From the IMG/VR virus record IMGVR_UViG_3300027861_002706, positions 53,602-117,601 of that record: DNA of 64,000 nucleotides. The stretch is one strand, 5' to 3'. The first letter of the stretch is position 1; every line of letters begins with the position of its first letter. The notes beneath the pieces were generated by a model. That model ran no database searches. It was not told where the DNA came from and saw only the letters and a list, made by a program, of their open reading frames with translations. This stretch comes from a virus. The position numbers were made by a program, and so were the translations under genes. Of the stretch, positions 40,698 to 51,211 are shown piece after piece.

Positions 40698-41033
40698 TTA
40701 CTGAGACTTTCTTACTTCCAGAGAAGACAACTTTCTGCCTAACTCATTGAGCGAAACTCTCATGTTATCTATCTCTTTTTGTATATTCTTTATATCACCC
40801 TTTAGCAACAACTCCAAGGCCTCAGGATGTCCATCATTTACATGATCTTGAAGTCTTTCTTCAAGTTTTTGTAAATCATTTAACATAATTTCCTGGTTAA
40901 TCCTTATTGGAGCAATCTGTCTCTGTAGACTTAACTCCTGCTGGTTAAGCAGCCCCCACATACCTCCGATTAAAGCTATTACGGCAGCCAGGCTACCGAA
41001 AGCTCTGGCCCCTGATTCTCCATTATTAGCCAC
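40698..41033 (-). CDS. Membrane-anchored coiled-coil protein (111 aa); holin- or i-spanin-like
   Basis: N-terminal TM segment FGSLAAVIALIGGMWGLL followed by heptad-like helices; GTG start. Confidence 0.5.
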   Translation of the reverse strand: MANNGESGARAFGSLAAVIALIGGMWGLLNQQELSLQRQIAPIRINQEIMLNDLQKLEERLQDHVNDGHPEALELLLKGDIKNIQKEIDNMRVSLNELGRKLSSLEVRKSQ

Positions 41034-41037
41034 GCTC

Positions 41038-42411
41038 CTACTCCGTATCTATAATACCGGGTATTAAGCTATTTCTTTCTCTGGCGGTATTCGCTGCCGG
41101 TATTGGGTCAGATACATAGAGGTTCCTTTGTGGATTAAACAGGAAGGGTCCCCTGACCTGTCTAGATCCACGTTTGACTACCGACCCTACATCTCTCGTG
41201 GCGGATCTTGGCCTGTTCATATAGCCGACCAGGGCCGCCATAGCGGTGTTCATTCTTGTTTGTAGTGCTCGCTCTTTTTGAGTAGCTATATCTGCACCAG
41301 CAGGGAAATATGATATTCTAAAGTCACCTAGTTCTTTACTGGTTCCAGCGGCTAGATCCTTAGTTCCTCTCACATCATGAAGTATATCCATTGCAGTCTT
41401 GCACTTTACATATTCACGAAATGATCTATTCTTAGAAAATTTAGTTATATTTATATTTGCGCCCAAACTCTCATATACATCTATAGTGTTAGCCCATGCT
41501 CTAAGTCCGATATAATCATCTAAGTATGTATTAGGAATCATCGTTCCCAGTTCATTCTTAACTACTCTGACTCCGACTAGATTAGGATAGGGCTCAGTAT
41601 GGAACGTAATCTTTTGCGCAGATCCTAGGGTATTGCCACCCGTATCTGCTACGGCTGCAGCAATATGCACCTCTACTGTCATATTATTAGGCCAGTCTCT
41701 AGCAGCATCTGGTGTAATAGTTATTACCTTACCTGCTGTGCCTAGAGTCCCTATCGATAGATCTGAATAATTGCCACCGGTATTATTAGCATAGAATATA
41801 CTGCCGGTTGCTAGCAGATGTTCTTCATCCAGGAATGCGTACTGTACTACCTGCACATTATCATTGGTTACAGTAGTTGAATCGATGTCTGCTGAAAAAG
41901 TCAGCTTTATCGTGTCCGTAGTGATGTCGACGCCGAAGGCATGATTGGTAGGAAGACTAGACGCCAATGTGAGAGAAGTCGAAGTTAAGTTAACATCTCC
42001 TGGAAGATTAAGGTCTCCACCAAGTGTAATCTCCTCTGCGGTTCTAGCAACAGAGGTTGTATCTAACTGGCTTCCTGTTTGAAAGGAAAGGACGCTAGTC
42101 GTGACTAGACTATGGCTAGTGCCGGATTTTATAGCCCCAGTAGAAAGAGCCAGGTCGCTTCCTATTAAAGTCAGCCTATATATGGAGTTAGATATAAGTA
42201 AGGTATATGGAACTATTGTTATTTTAGTGCCGGAAACACTAAGAGTAGCATCAACAACAGTATCCAGAGCCACAGATCTAAGTACCACTGTAGCCCCGGA
42301 CACTGAAGTAGCATCTAAGCTAGTATTAAAAGTTACCTCTAATTTTTGATTGAGGTATACGTTGGTAGCACCATCTGCAGGGGTAGACGCGGAAAAGACT
42401 GGTGCTGCCAC
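41038..42411 (-). CDS. Ig-like (Big_5/SbsA-type) domain protein with putative head-tail adaptor C-terminus (457 aa)
   Basis: STPADGATNVYLNQKLEVTFNTSLDATSV and SLPTNHAFGVDITTDTIKLTFSADIDSTTV are Big_5-like starts. The C-terminal EYVKCKTA...SKELGDFRISY is adaptor-like. Confidence 0.6.
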   Translation of the reverse strand: MAAPVFSASTPADGATNVYLNQKLEVTFNTSLDATSVSGATVVLRSVALDTVVDATLSVSGTKITIVPYTLLISNSIYRLTLIGSDLALSTGAIKSGTSHSLVTTSVLSFQTGSQLDTTSVARTAEEITLGGDLNLPGDVNLTSTSLTLASSLPTNHAFGVDITTDTIKLTFSADIDSTTVTNDNVQVVQYAFLDEEHLLATGSIFYANNTGGNYSDLSIGTLGTAGKVITITPDAARDWPNNMTVEVHIAAAVADTGGNTLGSAQKITFHTEPYPNLVGVRVVKNELGTMIPNTYLDDYIGLRAWANTIDVYESLGANINITKFSKNRSFREYVKCKTAMDILHDVRGTKDLAAGTSKELGDFRISYFPAGADIATQKERALQTRMNTAMAALVGYMNRPRSATRDVGSVVKRGSRQVRGPFLFNPQRNLYVSDPIPAANTARERNSLIPGIIDTE

Positions 42412-42420
42412 AACATACCC

Positions 42421-43005
42421 CTAAATTAGATCTTTATTTTTTGGTGATGTTTCGGCTCCAACACGCATTCCTACATCTACTGTCTTATGCCCAACATCTA
42501 TCGTTCTTTTACCAACGATTGAATCTATTATTTTTCCAGGGCCAGGTATATTATTCAATGCGTATTCGAAGTATTCTATGAATCTCGCTCTAGCCTGGCT
42601 GTTTTTTTCGTACTCAAGTAGTTCATCTAGCACCACTCTTGCACCATAGTCTTTGGCTATTTTGCCAGAAACGACCGGAACTATATGAGGATGCAGCTCT
42701 TTGATGTTCTTAGAAGATTTTATCTTCTCCTTGAGATCATCAATAAGGTCTACTGGCTTGTCTACAAACGGAATGTGAATTTTAGACTGAACCAAGAATC
42801 CCATATCTATGGACTTTTGAATTATCTCTCTATCTGCCTTGGAGACCTCTGCAGTGACTTTAGCAGTAGGACTGTCTGCAGTTAAAACAAAATTGTCAAC
42901 CGCATAAAACTGCCTGGTCTTCATGTTTAATGAGACATAGGTATTAGTTTTAATTGGCTTCAATCCTGTCGGAGACTCTGCCTCATCTGAAATCTTTATT
43001 GCCAT
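42421..43005 (-). CDS. Hypothetical head-associated protein (194 aa)
   Basis: Clean ORF directly after the capsid terminator. Confidence 0.6.
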   Translation of the reverse strand: MAIKISDEAESPTGLKPIKTNTYVSLNMKTRQFYAVDNFVLTADSPTAKVTAEVSKADREIIQKSIDMGFLVQSKIHIPFVDKPVDLIDDLKEKIKSSKNIKELHPHIVPVVSGKIAKDYGARVVLDELLEYEKNSQARARFIEYFEYALNNIPGPGKIIDSIVGKRTIDVGHKTVDVGMRVGAETSPKNKDLI

Positions 43006-43023
43006 TTTACCTACTTAAATCTA

Positions 43024-43051
43024 AGCCCGGGGGCGAGGAAGCCCCCGGGCT
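43024..43051 (-). terminator. GC-rich stem-loop after the major capsid gene
   Basis: agcccgggggc-gaggaa-gcccccgggct forms a perfect 11-bp stem 14 nt after the stop codon. Confidence 0.8.
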
Positions 43052-43065
43052 AATCAGCTACTCAA

Positions 43066-44514
43066 CTATTGCGGCAGTGTCGTACTAGTACTACCGCTCA
43101 GATCACCAGTACCAAACTGGAGTACAGGCGCAGACTCAGGATCGATCGACTTATCGATTACGATGCCCTTAGCAGTCCTAATGGCTTGACCGTTATTGAT
43201 GTTTTCGACAGCATAACGTTCGCGCAGCTTGACCTTGCGAATATCGCGTGCCGGATCATCAAACTCCTCAGTAACAACATCTTCATCAACAACCAGTACA
43301 CCAAGTTCGTTGGTGTCAACCATCCAGAAGTCAGTTTTGTTAGTACCAACATCATATGGAACGAATGGGCTAACAATAATGTTGAGTGAAGCAGGGAATC
43401 CTGCCGGAAGCCTTGACGAAGTAGTAGCAATGGCAGAAGGATCAGTTAACTTAGTCTCCTGATTTAATCCTCCAACGCGGAATTCTCCGCCTGAACCGGG
43501 GCTACCGGCATAGTTTTGGAACATTTCACCATTATTGGCAAATCCAAATGCACGCAACTGGGGATTAAGTGCGAAGGTAAGCCATCCGAATGGATGCATG
43601 ATGATTGCGTTTGGCACATAACCATCATCGATCATACTGGCATACATACGGAAGATGTCTTCAATGGTAATTGTACCATTCATCGCACCGTCAATGCCCC
43701 TGCCGCTTGAGCTCCTGGGGGCAACAGCGTTATTATCAATGAAGCCAACACCGGCAGTACTGATCATATCAGCAACTTTTTGCTCCTTATGACGGATCAG
43801 GGCACGACCTGCTGCACGCAGATGCATACTCATTACATCAAACAAGGAGTACCTAAGCATCTCATCAGTGAACTTGACGGCAACACCCGACTTTCCGATG
43901 GTCGCAGTCACTTGACCTGCGAATTCCATCGTCTGTTCTGGGTATTCCCCACCCTCTGGGATATCAGCAGCAGCGAATGCGCCCATAGCCGGGAAGGTTA
44001 AACTAGTTCCAACCTGAAAATTAATCCTCTGAAGCAGGGGAGTAAGAGCAATTGTTGGTTCAATCGCATCCCTAACAATCTGAGAAACAACTTTCGGTAT
44101 GAGCATTGGCTGCTCAAACGCAAACTGCGTATCGTAAAACTCATCCTTCTTGATTTTGCCAGCCTCAAAGGAAGACTTACGCTTCTGGTCAGCCTGGATC
44201 AAGTCATCTAAACTAAACCGATGAGAAGGTGAGCCAGGCAGCACACCATTGTTTTTCCAAATGCTATGCATTCGGTCAAACTTATCATCGAATTCGCGTT
44301 TCTTTGGTTGTTCGTCAGTAAAACGCTTGAGCGCTTTAATAGCCTGACTATCCAACCCTTCTTCTTCTAGCTTTTCAGCTAAAGCACCGTCTACGGCGTT
44401 GGTGATACCATTCTCAGTATCTTCAACAAGGCGAAGAATCGTATTCTTTTGCCCCTCATCGAAGTTCTGCTCAATAGCGTCTTCGTCAACGCCAATTAAC
44501 CTATCTTGACTCAT
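43066..44514 (-). CDS. Major capsid protein (HK97-fold; acidic N-terminal extension)
   Basis: PMLIPKVVSQIVRDAIEP...AADIPEGGEYPEQ...IGKSGVAVKFTDEMLRYS...DPARDIRKVKLRERY; follows the protease and decoration genes. Confidence 0.9.
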   Translation of the reverse strand: MSQDRLIGVDEDAIEQNFDEGQKNTILRLVEDTENGITNAVDGALAEKLEEEGLDSQAIKALKRFTDEQPKKREFDDKFDRMHSIWKNNGVLPGSPSHRFSLDDLIQADQKRKSSFEAGKIKKDEFYDTQFAFEQPMLIPKVVSQIVRDAIEPTIALTPLLQRINFQVGTSLTFPAMGAFAAADIPEGGEYPEQTMEFAGQVTATIGKSGVAVKFTDEMLRYSLFDVMSMHLRAAGRALIRHKEQKVADMISTAGVGFIDNNAVAPRSSSGRGIDGAMNGTITIEDIFRMYASMIDDGYVPNAIIMHPFGWLTFALNPQLRAFGFANNGEMFQNYAGSPGSGGEFRVGGLNQETKLTDPSAIATTSSRLPAGFPASLNIIVSPFVPYDVGTNKTDFWMVDTNELGVLVVDEDVVTEEFDDPARDIRKVKLRERYAVENINNGQAIRTAKGIVIDKSIDPESAPVLQFGTGDLSGSTSTTLPQ

Positions 44515-44523
44515 TTTTTCTCC

Positions 44524-45459
44524 TTAAAGATCCACTTTGATTACAAGAGCAAAGAAATCACCACTACCATCTATAGTAGCATGCTCAAACATTGCAGGAA
44601 TTCCCTGAGTACCAGAACCACTCAAGCCTAAGCCAGGTACAGTTTGTACTCTTTTAAGAGTGTTAAACTGCTGATCGGCATTCTGATTACTAACAGTTCC
44701 CGCACCGATCAAGCTTGCTACGGTGTCGTTAGCACTACCAGCAATTGTTCCAACGCGGTACTTATCGATGCAACGACCAACAACATAGTTAGCTGAAGCT
44801 GCAGCACCATCCCAGGCGACTAATCGACCAGGCGAATTTGCAGCAGTTGCGTTTGTCACAGGATTCCAAGTAGCTGCAGTACCACCGTCTCCATCTACTC
44901 TTACAAGGTCTCCCGGCTCAATAGCACGTTCTCCAATAGTGACTGCAGGAATCACAACAGAGTAGTTACCCATCAACAGAGAAGGCATCAAGTCACGACT
45001 GTAATTCGTGTACTTAGTTTTGAGTAGGTTGGAGTAGACCGGGGCAGTAATTACACCAACTGGTCTTACTCCAGTCACAGTAGCAGCACTTGCGCCGAGC
45101 GGCGCATCTGCGCGTGCAGTAGTACTATCTAGATCGTCGGTCCCAAAGTCAACATCGTTCTGAGCATATGTTACTGTGTAAGCACCCCAGCACGCAGGGA
45201 CAAGACCCCTAGCGGCTTCTTCTGCATTCGGGTATGTGTCATCTACACTTATCGCTGCTGTCGCTGCTCCAGTATTTAACCTACCAACGAATGTTCCAGG
45301 AAGCAGGACGATGGGATCATCATCATGCAACTTGTCTAACATCGCGATAGGGAGAAAGTTCGCAGCCCTGAGGCCTTGAATCGAAGGACGTACACCTTCG
45401 TAAAGTTCTTGGTATGGGTGATGAATTTTCCCATAGCCTCTTCCAGTTCGAATAGCCAT
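44524..45459 (-). CDS. Capsid decoration/cement protein (311 aa)
   Basis: Position between the protease and capsid genes; Ala/Gly/Thr beta-rich. Confidence 0.6.
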   Translation of the reverse strand: MAIRTGRGYGKIHHPYQELYEGVRPSIQGLRAANFLPIAMLDKLHDDDPIVLLPGTFVGRLNTGAATAAISVDDTYPNAEEAARGLVPACWGAYTVTYAQNDVDFGTDDLDSTTARADAPLGASAATVTGVRPVGVITAPVYSNLLKTKYTNYSRDLMPSLLMGNYSVVIPAVTIGERAIEPGDLVRVDGDGGTAATWNPVTNATAANSPGRLVAWDGAAASANYVVGRCIDKYRVGTIAGSANDTVASLIGAGTVSNQNADQQFNTLKRVQTVPGLGLSGSGTQGIPAMFEHATIDGSGDFFALVIKVDL

Positions 45460-45472
45460 TTAATTACCTCTT

Positions 45473-47140
45473 CTAAATTTGATCCATTGGATCAATGTCT
45501 GTTTTCTTGATAGTCGATACATTTTCCTCTTTCACAGATTTGGCCACAGGAGGTTTCTCCTCAACCCTATCTTTTATGAAAGATGGTAATCCATTAGACT
45601 TGAAACTACTTGCTAGCTCAGGCACTAGATCCTCAATGCTATCTCTAAGGCTTTCAACACTTCTCGCTGCAACATGAGTCACTGCCTCTCCGAAGCTTTG
45701 GTGATCGGCTACCGATTTCACCTGCGGCTTATGGAGTTGCATTTGCATAGTGACCAGTTGAGAGGCGAGCTGCTTTTTGAATTCCTCAGTAATGGCAGCA
45801 TTCTCATCCATTAAGCAATTGTACTCACTTATCTTAGTGTCGTACAACTGCTTTGCCTTCGCCAGTTCTGCTTCAAGTTCTGCAGTTCTAGACTGACTAT
45901 CTTCTAAAGCCTTTTCCAAGACAACAACTGTCCTATCTAGAGGCTTATCCGTATCATCCGTATTTTTCGCAACATCGGTATCTTTAATCTCGTTCTCTTT
46001 CTTGGTACTCATGATATTTTGAGCATCCTTCCCACCTTCAGGATCATTTAATTCTCCTGATTGTTTATCGGTATTGATTTTTGAATTACTTGTTAATGAA
46101 CTGCCGGCCAGCTCCTTAATTACTTCATGTTTTAGCATATTTTTAATGCTGGCAGCCATCTCCTCTATATTGTAGTTGGCGTTTGTGTCGCCTAGACCAA
46201 GAGACTTAGGCCAATCTAATTTTTTGCTGCGTGACCCATCTTTATCCATATCGAATCCTTCAGGAACAGCAACCCTTACGGCACGCTTTGCGTTATCTTG
46301 CCCATAAGGAATTTCATCTTTATCGTCTGGAGATCTAATCAATTCTGTCACCCTGCCTTCTGAGTCCGCTAGCACTATTGAGCAGACTCCACCAAGAGTA
46401 TCTGCGGTAACAACTTCTACTGTTTGTTCTTTTGATTCTGGAACTATAGCGCTATCAAAATCTGCGCTTAATATTCCTGCGAGTTCATTGGCGGGGTGGT
46501 TCACAAATGAGCATTCCATATATTTCATCTTACCTGTAACAAGATAAGCTCTATATTTTACTCCTTCTAGGTCGTAGACTCTTCCTGGTCTGTGATTACA
46601 GACTTCTTCTTCGTCAGTATCACTTAGCCAATCATGGCCACATATGGAGCAATATGCCTTGTTGCTGCTTTGTCCAGTAGAAACAGTTTTATATCGTCCG
46701 TCTAGTATTTTTTGTTGTGCATCTTTGTCAGAAACAGTTCCGCTTATAACGATATATCCAGATCCCGGATTTGTACCATGATCTGGATTCTTCCAATCGT
46801 TCTTAAATCGATCATCTTCCCATAGCTGTACAAATTTTTGCGAATCTATTCTACCTATCGGTTCAGATTTAGAATCGTGATGCTTCAGGAATGGTTTGTC
46901 ATAACCAGCTGTGCCTCCATTGTCTTTGGAGACCCAAGAAGATGCACCTGCTTTTACTCCACTACCAGGATAAACACGATTATTGAGTAAGTAGCCGGAG
47001 TGAGTTGCTTTAATAGTTACCCTGAAGCTAGGGGCATTAATAGAAGAATATAAATCTTCTAAAATATTGTTAGCGTCAGTATATATATCGGATCTTTCTG
47101 GCATACCAAAGAGATCGGTAAATCGAACTTCTCTGTTCAT
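45473..47140 (-). CDS. Prohead protease with C-terminal scaffold-like coiled coil
   Basis: ATHSGYLLNNRVYP, KPFLKHHD...PIGRI, ILDGRYKTVSTG, CSICG and ECSFVNHPA motifs, plus a helical C-terminus. Confidence 0.85.
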   Translation of the reverse strand: MNREVRFTDLFGMPERSDIYTDANNILEDLYSSINAPSFRVTIKATHSGYLLNNRVYPGSGVKAGASSWVSKDNGGTAGYDKPFLKHHDSKSEPIGRIDSQKFVQLWEDDRFKNDWKNPDHGTNPGSGYIVISGTVSDKDAQQKILDGRYKTVSTGQSSNKAYCSICGHDWLSDTDEEEVCNHRPGRVYDLEGVKYRAYLVTGKMKYMECSFVNHPANELAGILSADFDSAIVPESKEQTVEVVTADTLGGVCSIVLADSEGRVTELIRSPDDKDEIPYGQDNAKRAVRVAVPEGFDMDKDGSRSKKLDWPKSLGLGDTNANYNIEEMAASIKNMLKHEVIKELAGSSLTSNSKINTDKQSGELNDPEGGKDAQNIMSTKKENEIKDTDVAKNTDDTDKPLDRTVVVLEKALEDSQSRTAELEAELAKAKQLYDTKISEYNCLMDENAAITEEFKKQLASQLVTMQMQLHKPQVKSVADHQSFGEAVTHVAARSVESLRDSIEDLVPELASSFKSNGLPSFIKDRVEEKPPVAKSVKEENVSTIKKTDIDPMDQI

Positions 47141-49314
47141 TACTCATCTCCCTTGTTGATATTTATATCTTCATCTATCACACATGTGGTATTTAACCGT
47201 ATATGTGGACCAGAAACATCTCTTTTGCTTACCGAAGCAATCGGCATAACTACTTCTTTCTCTAGATCAAGTGTTCCATCTTCGTTAATGCTATTATACA
47301 TAACTCTGATATTCTTCCTACCAGCCTTCTGTAACGTAGTCATGTATCCGTACTTATAAGCAAAGTCCGCGGTTTGGACTGTCATCATATCTAACTCAAC
47401 TTTTAATGCGTCAAAGATGCTAGACGCCTTAGCCGGGTCTAAGTCAAGTTTTACTTCATTATCTAAATCTATCTTCAACATTATCATAGCCTTACGATTG
47501 AGCTTTATCAACGGTATACGTATGTGCTTAGACAAAAATAGGCTGATATCGTCCTTAGATACTAGCTTATTGGTATGTATATCTTTGCGTGCTTCCTTTG
47601 CTCCGCTCTCTATTTCAGGCAATAAGTACTTTTTTGCATCAGACATCATTGCATCTGTTTTTAATATTAATATTTTCTTTATATCATTAGACCTAGTGGC
47701 CTTATTGTACTTGCCGTTTCTAGCGCTAAGGCCACAGATATCCTCGCACATTTCTGACCATGAGTAAGAGAACTGATTGAATAGCTCTTTCATCATCAGA
47801 CTATTCTGAGCAACTGATTTTTTAGTAGTGGCAGTACCATGCTGGTTAGTCGGGCGAGCTTTATTGGTGACGGTGTTGGCGGATCCTTGTGAACTGCCTG
47901 GGCCCTGTTCGTTCATTGCACCAATCTCGGCTAATGGCTTAGTATATAGCTCGTGGAAAGTATTCTTTCTATCTCCATCAGCATACGGTTCTCGATTGAG
48001 ATAGTCCGTTCTTAGCTCATCCTCTGTTATAGCATTCTGCATAAATAGCTGAATACCATGGTTCTGATGAGCTCTAGCCTCTTCTCTATCTATGTCTGGG
48101 AATCTCAGAGAGACCCGTACATCGCTGACTAGGTTAAATCCACCCTCTAATAGTATGATATCAACTATCTTGGCGGTGAACATTTCAGAAAATACATTCT
48201 GTATTTCTGAACATGCATCGACTAAATTCTTTGTCACTGTCTGTGCAGTAGCCTTATTCGCAGTATCGCCTCTGCCTAGGTCTATTCCAGATAACCTCAG
48301 ACCGCCAAGAACCCTACTTTCAAAGTGAGAGAGATAGGGTTCTAAATCTAATACCTGGCCTTCTGTGCCAAGCATGTTTATCTCTACTCTTTCAGAGGTG
48401 ACTAGCCCACCCTCTGGAGGTAATGCATCTACTTGTGCTCCAATAACATCTACCTCTGAGAGTGTCTGTCCATCTGGAGATGTTATATATCCAGCTGGCT
48501 TATCTTTTGAGCCTACCTTGGCATGGAATAGAGGGAATGTATGCTTGTGGGTTACTAGCTCGGCTAGTTCCTCTAGCCTTCTCAAAGCTCTGATGTCTTC
48601 AAGAACAGGCACTATATATGGTGTACCAAAGGTAAAGCCAGACTTTCTATCCAAATGGAAGTGTACAACGTCGGAAGCCCTGAACTTTCTAGTTTTCTCA
48701 GAGTCCCATATCTTTTGTTTCCACTCTACTGGCCTGCCAAAGTCATTCTTTTTTACTGCCATACTAGTAGGATCTGCTGGATATAATCCAGAGATAGGCT
48801 GCATCGTTTTACCGAACATCCTAATAGGAGAACCACTAGACCTAAGAGGGTCTCTCTTTATTACAAGGATAGCATTGCCGTAGGCAATCAAGTTAGTTAA
48901 AAGCTCTCTTACAATAGCAGAGATAGGTTCGCCGGTGATAAGCTCTATCTCTTCAAATCGTTTTTTTACATACGCTATAGCTTCTTTATCTTTACCGTGC
49001 AGATGCCATCCTTCTTTCATGGATAGCTCTCTGTGCCTTCTAACAGAAGCAGCAAAGAATGATTCTACATCTAGCGTCTTGCCTATCTCTCCAAGGTTAT
49101 ACATTGGGGTGATATAGTTACCATCTCCGCCTAAGCTGGGATAGCCTCTTGCCGTTAAGCTCGTTTTATAGTAGAGCGTAGATACAGCTTGTCGCGGAGA
49201 TTCCTTAACAGTAGACTCTACGCTAGAGGGGTTAGTCTTGCGGACAAGCCTAAGATCCTCTTGCTCTGGTTTAGTAGTAGAGAACACTGACGCTATTCTA
49301 CCGAGAAGACCCAT
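47140..49314 (-). CDS. Portal protein
   Basis: ELLTNLIAYGNAILVIKR, DVVHFHLDRKSGFTFGTPYIVPVLEDIRALRRLEE; lies between the terminase and protease genes. Confidence 0.85.
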   Translation of the reverse strand: MGLLGRIASVFSTTKPEQEDLRLVRKTNPSSVESTVKESPRQAVSTLYYKTSLTARGYPSLGGDGNYITPMYNLGEIGKTLDVESFFAASVRRHRELSMKEGWHLHGKDKEAIAYVKKRFEEIELITGEPISAIVRELLTNLIAYGNAILVIKRDPLRSSGSPIRMFGKTMQPISGLYPADPTSMAVKKNDFGRPVEWKQKIWDSEKTRKFRASDVVHFHLDRKSGFTFGTPYIVPVLEDIRALRRLEELAELVTHKHTFPLFHAKVGSKDKPAGYITSPDGQTLSEVDVIGAQVDALPPEGGLVTSERVEINMLGTEGQVLDLEPYLSHFESRVLGGLRLSGIDLGRGDTANKATAQTVTKNLVDACSEIQNVFSEMFTAKIVDIILLEGGFNLVSDVRVSLRFPDIDREEARAHQNHGIQLFMQNAITEDELRTDYLNREPYADGDRKNTFHELYTKPLAEIGAMNEQGPGSSQGSANTVTNKARPTNQHGTATTKKSVAQNSLMMKELFNQFSYSWSEMCEDICGLSARNGKYNKATRSNDIKKILILKTDAMMSDAKKYLLPEIESGAKEARKDIHTNKLVSKDDISLFLSKHIRIPLIKLNRKAMIMLKIDLDNEVKLDLDPAKASSIFDALKVELDMMTVQTADFAYKYGYMTTLQKAGRKNIRVMYNSINEDGTLDLEKEVVMPIASVSKRDVSGPHIRLNTTCVIDEDININKGDE

Positions 49315-51211
49315 CTGATTCCTTTAACATCTTTTTAATCTCTTCGTCGCTAATTTCCATTTTACAAGTCTTGAGTATATTCCTTATCACCTCTTCTGAT
49401 GTTTCTGGCTGATTAAACTTATCAATAGCCGGAATAACCATAGTTTCATCTAGTCCAAACAGCTCAGATTTTTGACTTATTACTATTGGTTCATTATCTG
49501 AGAAGTACCTTTCTCGTAAATCATCAGGAATATCAATTGTATACTGATTAGCAGGTATATCTAACCCACCTACAATATCATCTATGATATTGTCTGTTAT
49601 ATCGTCAGATAAATCAAAGCACTCTTCGAGAGATTGAGCTAATATAGAGTTTAATATCATCTGCATTTCATTCACTCGCCTCACTTGCCATTTGACCTGA
49701 GCCGTATGTACATCCCTCCAGATTTCGACCGAAGCCTTCTTCTGCTCCTTGCTTTCATAGGAATTCAGTTTACTCGCTGTTTTTTCTAATTGATTAAGTA
49801 TAGACTTAAGCATATCATGGAATAGCTTACATTTCATATATAACGGTTTTACAACTGTTACATCCATCATACGTACCCAACGCTCAAGTAATTTACGTAT
49901 TATATCCATAGTCTTATGTTTTATATACATAACAACTGCATAATCGAATCTAGTTCCAGATAAAACTGCGGATGTCTTTCTAGCATATTTAGCAGATATG
50001 TCAACCGCTAATGTTTTTGATATCGCCTTTAAAAATATTATAATCATTTTTATCACTTTTTTATCAAACTTCTGCTTAGCCATTATACGCAATAAACAAC
50101 AGATTTGATCTTTTGTAGCGATATACGCACTAGACTGAGCTACGTTATTAATCAGCATTCTTTGCTCTTTATTATTAAACCTTATAATCGTAGCGGTGTG
50201 ACCACACATCCCAGTGAAATTATTTTTATATGCAGTTAAAAACTCAGTCTTTAAAAAACTAGGTATGGCATCATCTTCTTTAATTGATGGTATCTGATCA
50301 TGAAGATTCATATTTATATTAACTTCACTAGAATACGTAGGATAGTATTTATATACATCAACAGAAGAATTTCTGGATTTTCTAAGACTGATGTAATTTA
50401 CCCATAAGTCATATTTAGGATCGGATGATGCATATATATAATTAATGACATAATCTAAAATATTCTTGTAGTCATTTTCACCCACCTTTTCCATAGCCAA
50501 GGACTCTAAACGATTAAATTGAAACTGCTCAGCTGGAGTCGTGGAAACTGAGCTAGACTCAGATCTTATTCCTCTTATTAGTATCTTGTTTAATACATCT
50601 ATCGCAGAGGCAAAAGCAATAGCAATAACTAATTTCATTGCACCATACGCAGCTCCTTCTGGGTGTTCTGATGGCGGAGATATTTTAAGTATGTCTGGCA
50701 CATTAAATATATCTTGAAATTTATGTATCGCATAATTCAATAGATATACTGAATCGAACATAGCTAAATCATCATCAGATAGCCCAAACAATATTTTATT
50801 TTTATAATTTCGTTGTGTAACTGAGTCTAACCTAAGATTGCCTGTAGTTGACTCCATTATCTTAAACGCATAATTCAATTTAACTTGTTCAAACTTCTTA
50901 ACTGCAGTAAGGAATAAATGAAAACTTATTCTTGCTCCATCTGCTTCTGATGGATCTTTTCTTGCTACAGCGGCTCTGACATCTTGCATAATAGAATCAA
51001 CAGGGACATGTGTCGCCCTACATTTTTTATCTAATAAGTTAAGCAATCTATTAGATAGTTCTATGTTGTCTTTTACTTCAGAAAATATTTCATGGATTTC
51101 TTCTTCGTTGGCATTTTCTTTGTGGATGGGAGGAGCAGGACGTGCTGTATTCTCGTCGAATAGGGTTCTATCCTTTTCAAATTCCCGGGGTTTTTTAGAG
51201 AATATACCCAT
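49298..51211 (-). CDS. Hypothetical helical protein (637 aa) between terminase and portal
   Basis: Long ORF, Lys/Ile-rich and visibly more AT-rich than its neighbours; no motif recognised. Confidence 0.7.
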   Translation of the reverse strand: MGIFSKKPREFEKDRTLFDENTARPAPPIHKENANEEEIHEIFSEVKDNIELSNRLLNLLDKKCRATHVPVDSIMQDVRAAVARKDPSEADGARISFHLFLTAVKKFEQVKLNYAFKIMESTTGNLRLDSVTQRNYKNKILFGLSDDDLAMFDSVYLLNYAIHKFQDIFNVPDILKISPPSEHPEGAAYGAMKLVIAIAFASAIDVLNKILIRGIRSESSSVSTTPAEQFQFNRLESLAMEKVGENDYKNILDYVINYIYASSDPKYDLWVNYISLRKSRNSSVDVYKYYPTYSSEVNINMNLHDQIPSIKEDDAIPSFLKTEFLTAYKNNFTGMCGHTATIIRFNNKEQRMLINNVAQSSAYIATKDQICCLLRIMAKQKFDKKVIKMIIIFLKAISKTLAVDISAKYARKTSAVLSGTRFDYAVVMYIKHKTMDIIRKLLERWVRMMDVTVVKPLYMKCKLFHDMLKSILNQLEKTASKLNSYESKEQKKASVEIWRDVHTAQVKWQVRRVNEMQMILNSILAQSLEECFDLSDDITDNIIDDIVGGLDIPANQYTIDIPDDLRERYFSDNEPIVISQKSELFGLDETMVIPAIDKFNQPETSEEVIRNILKTCKMEISDEEIKKMLKESDGSSR

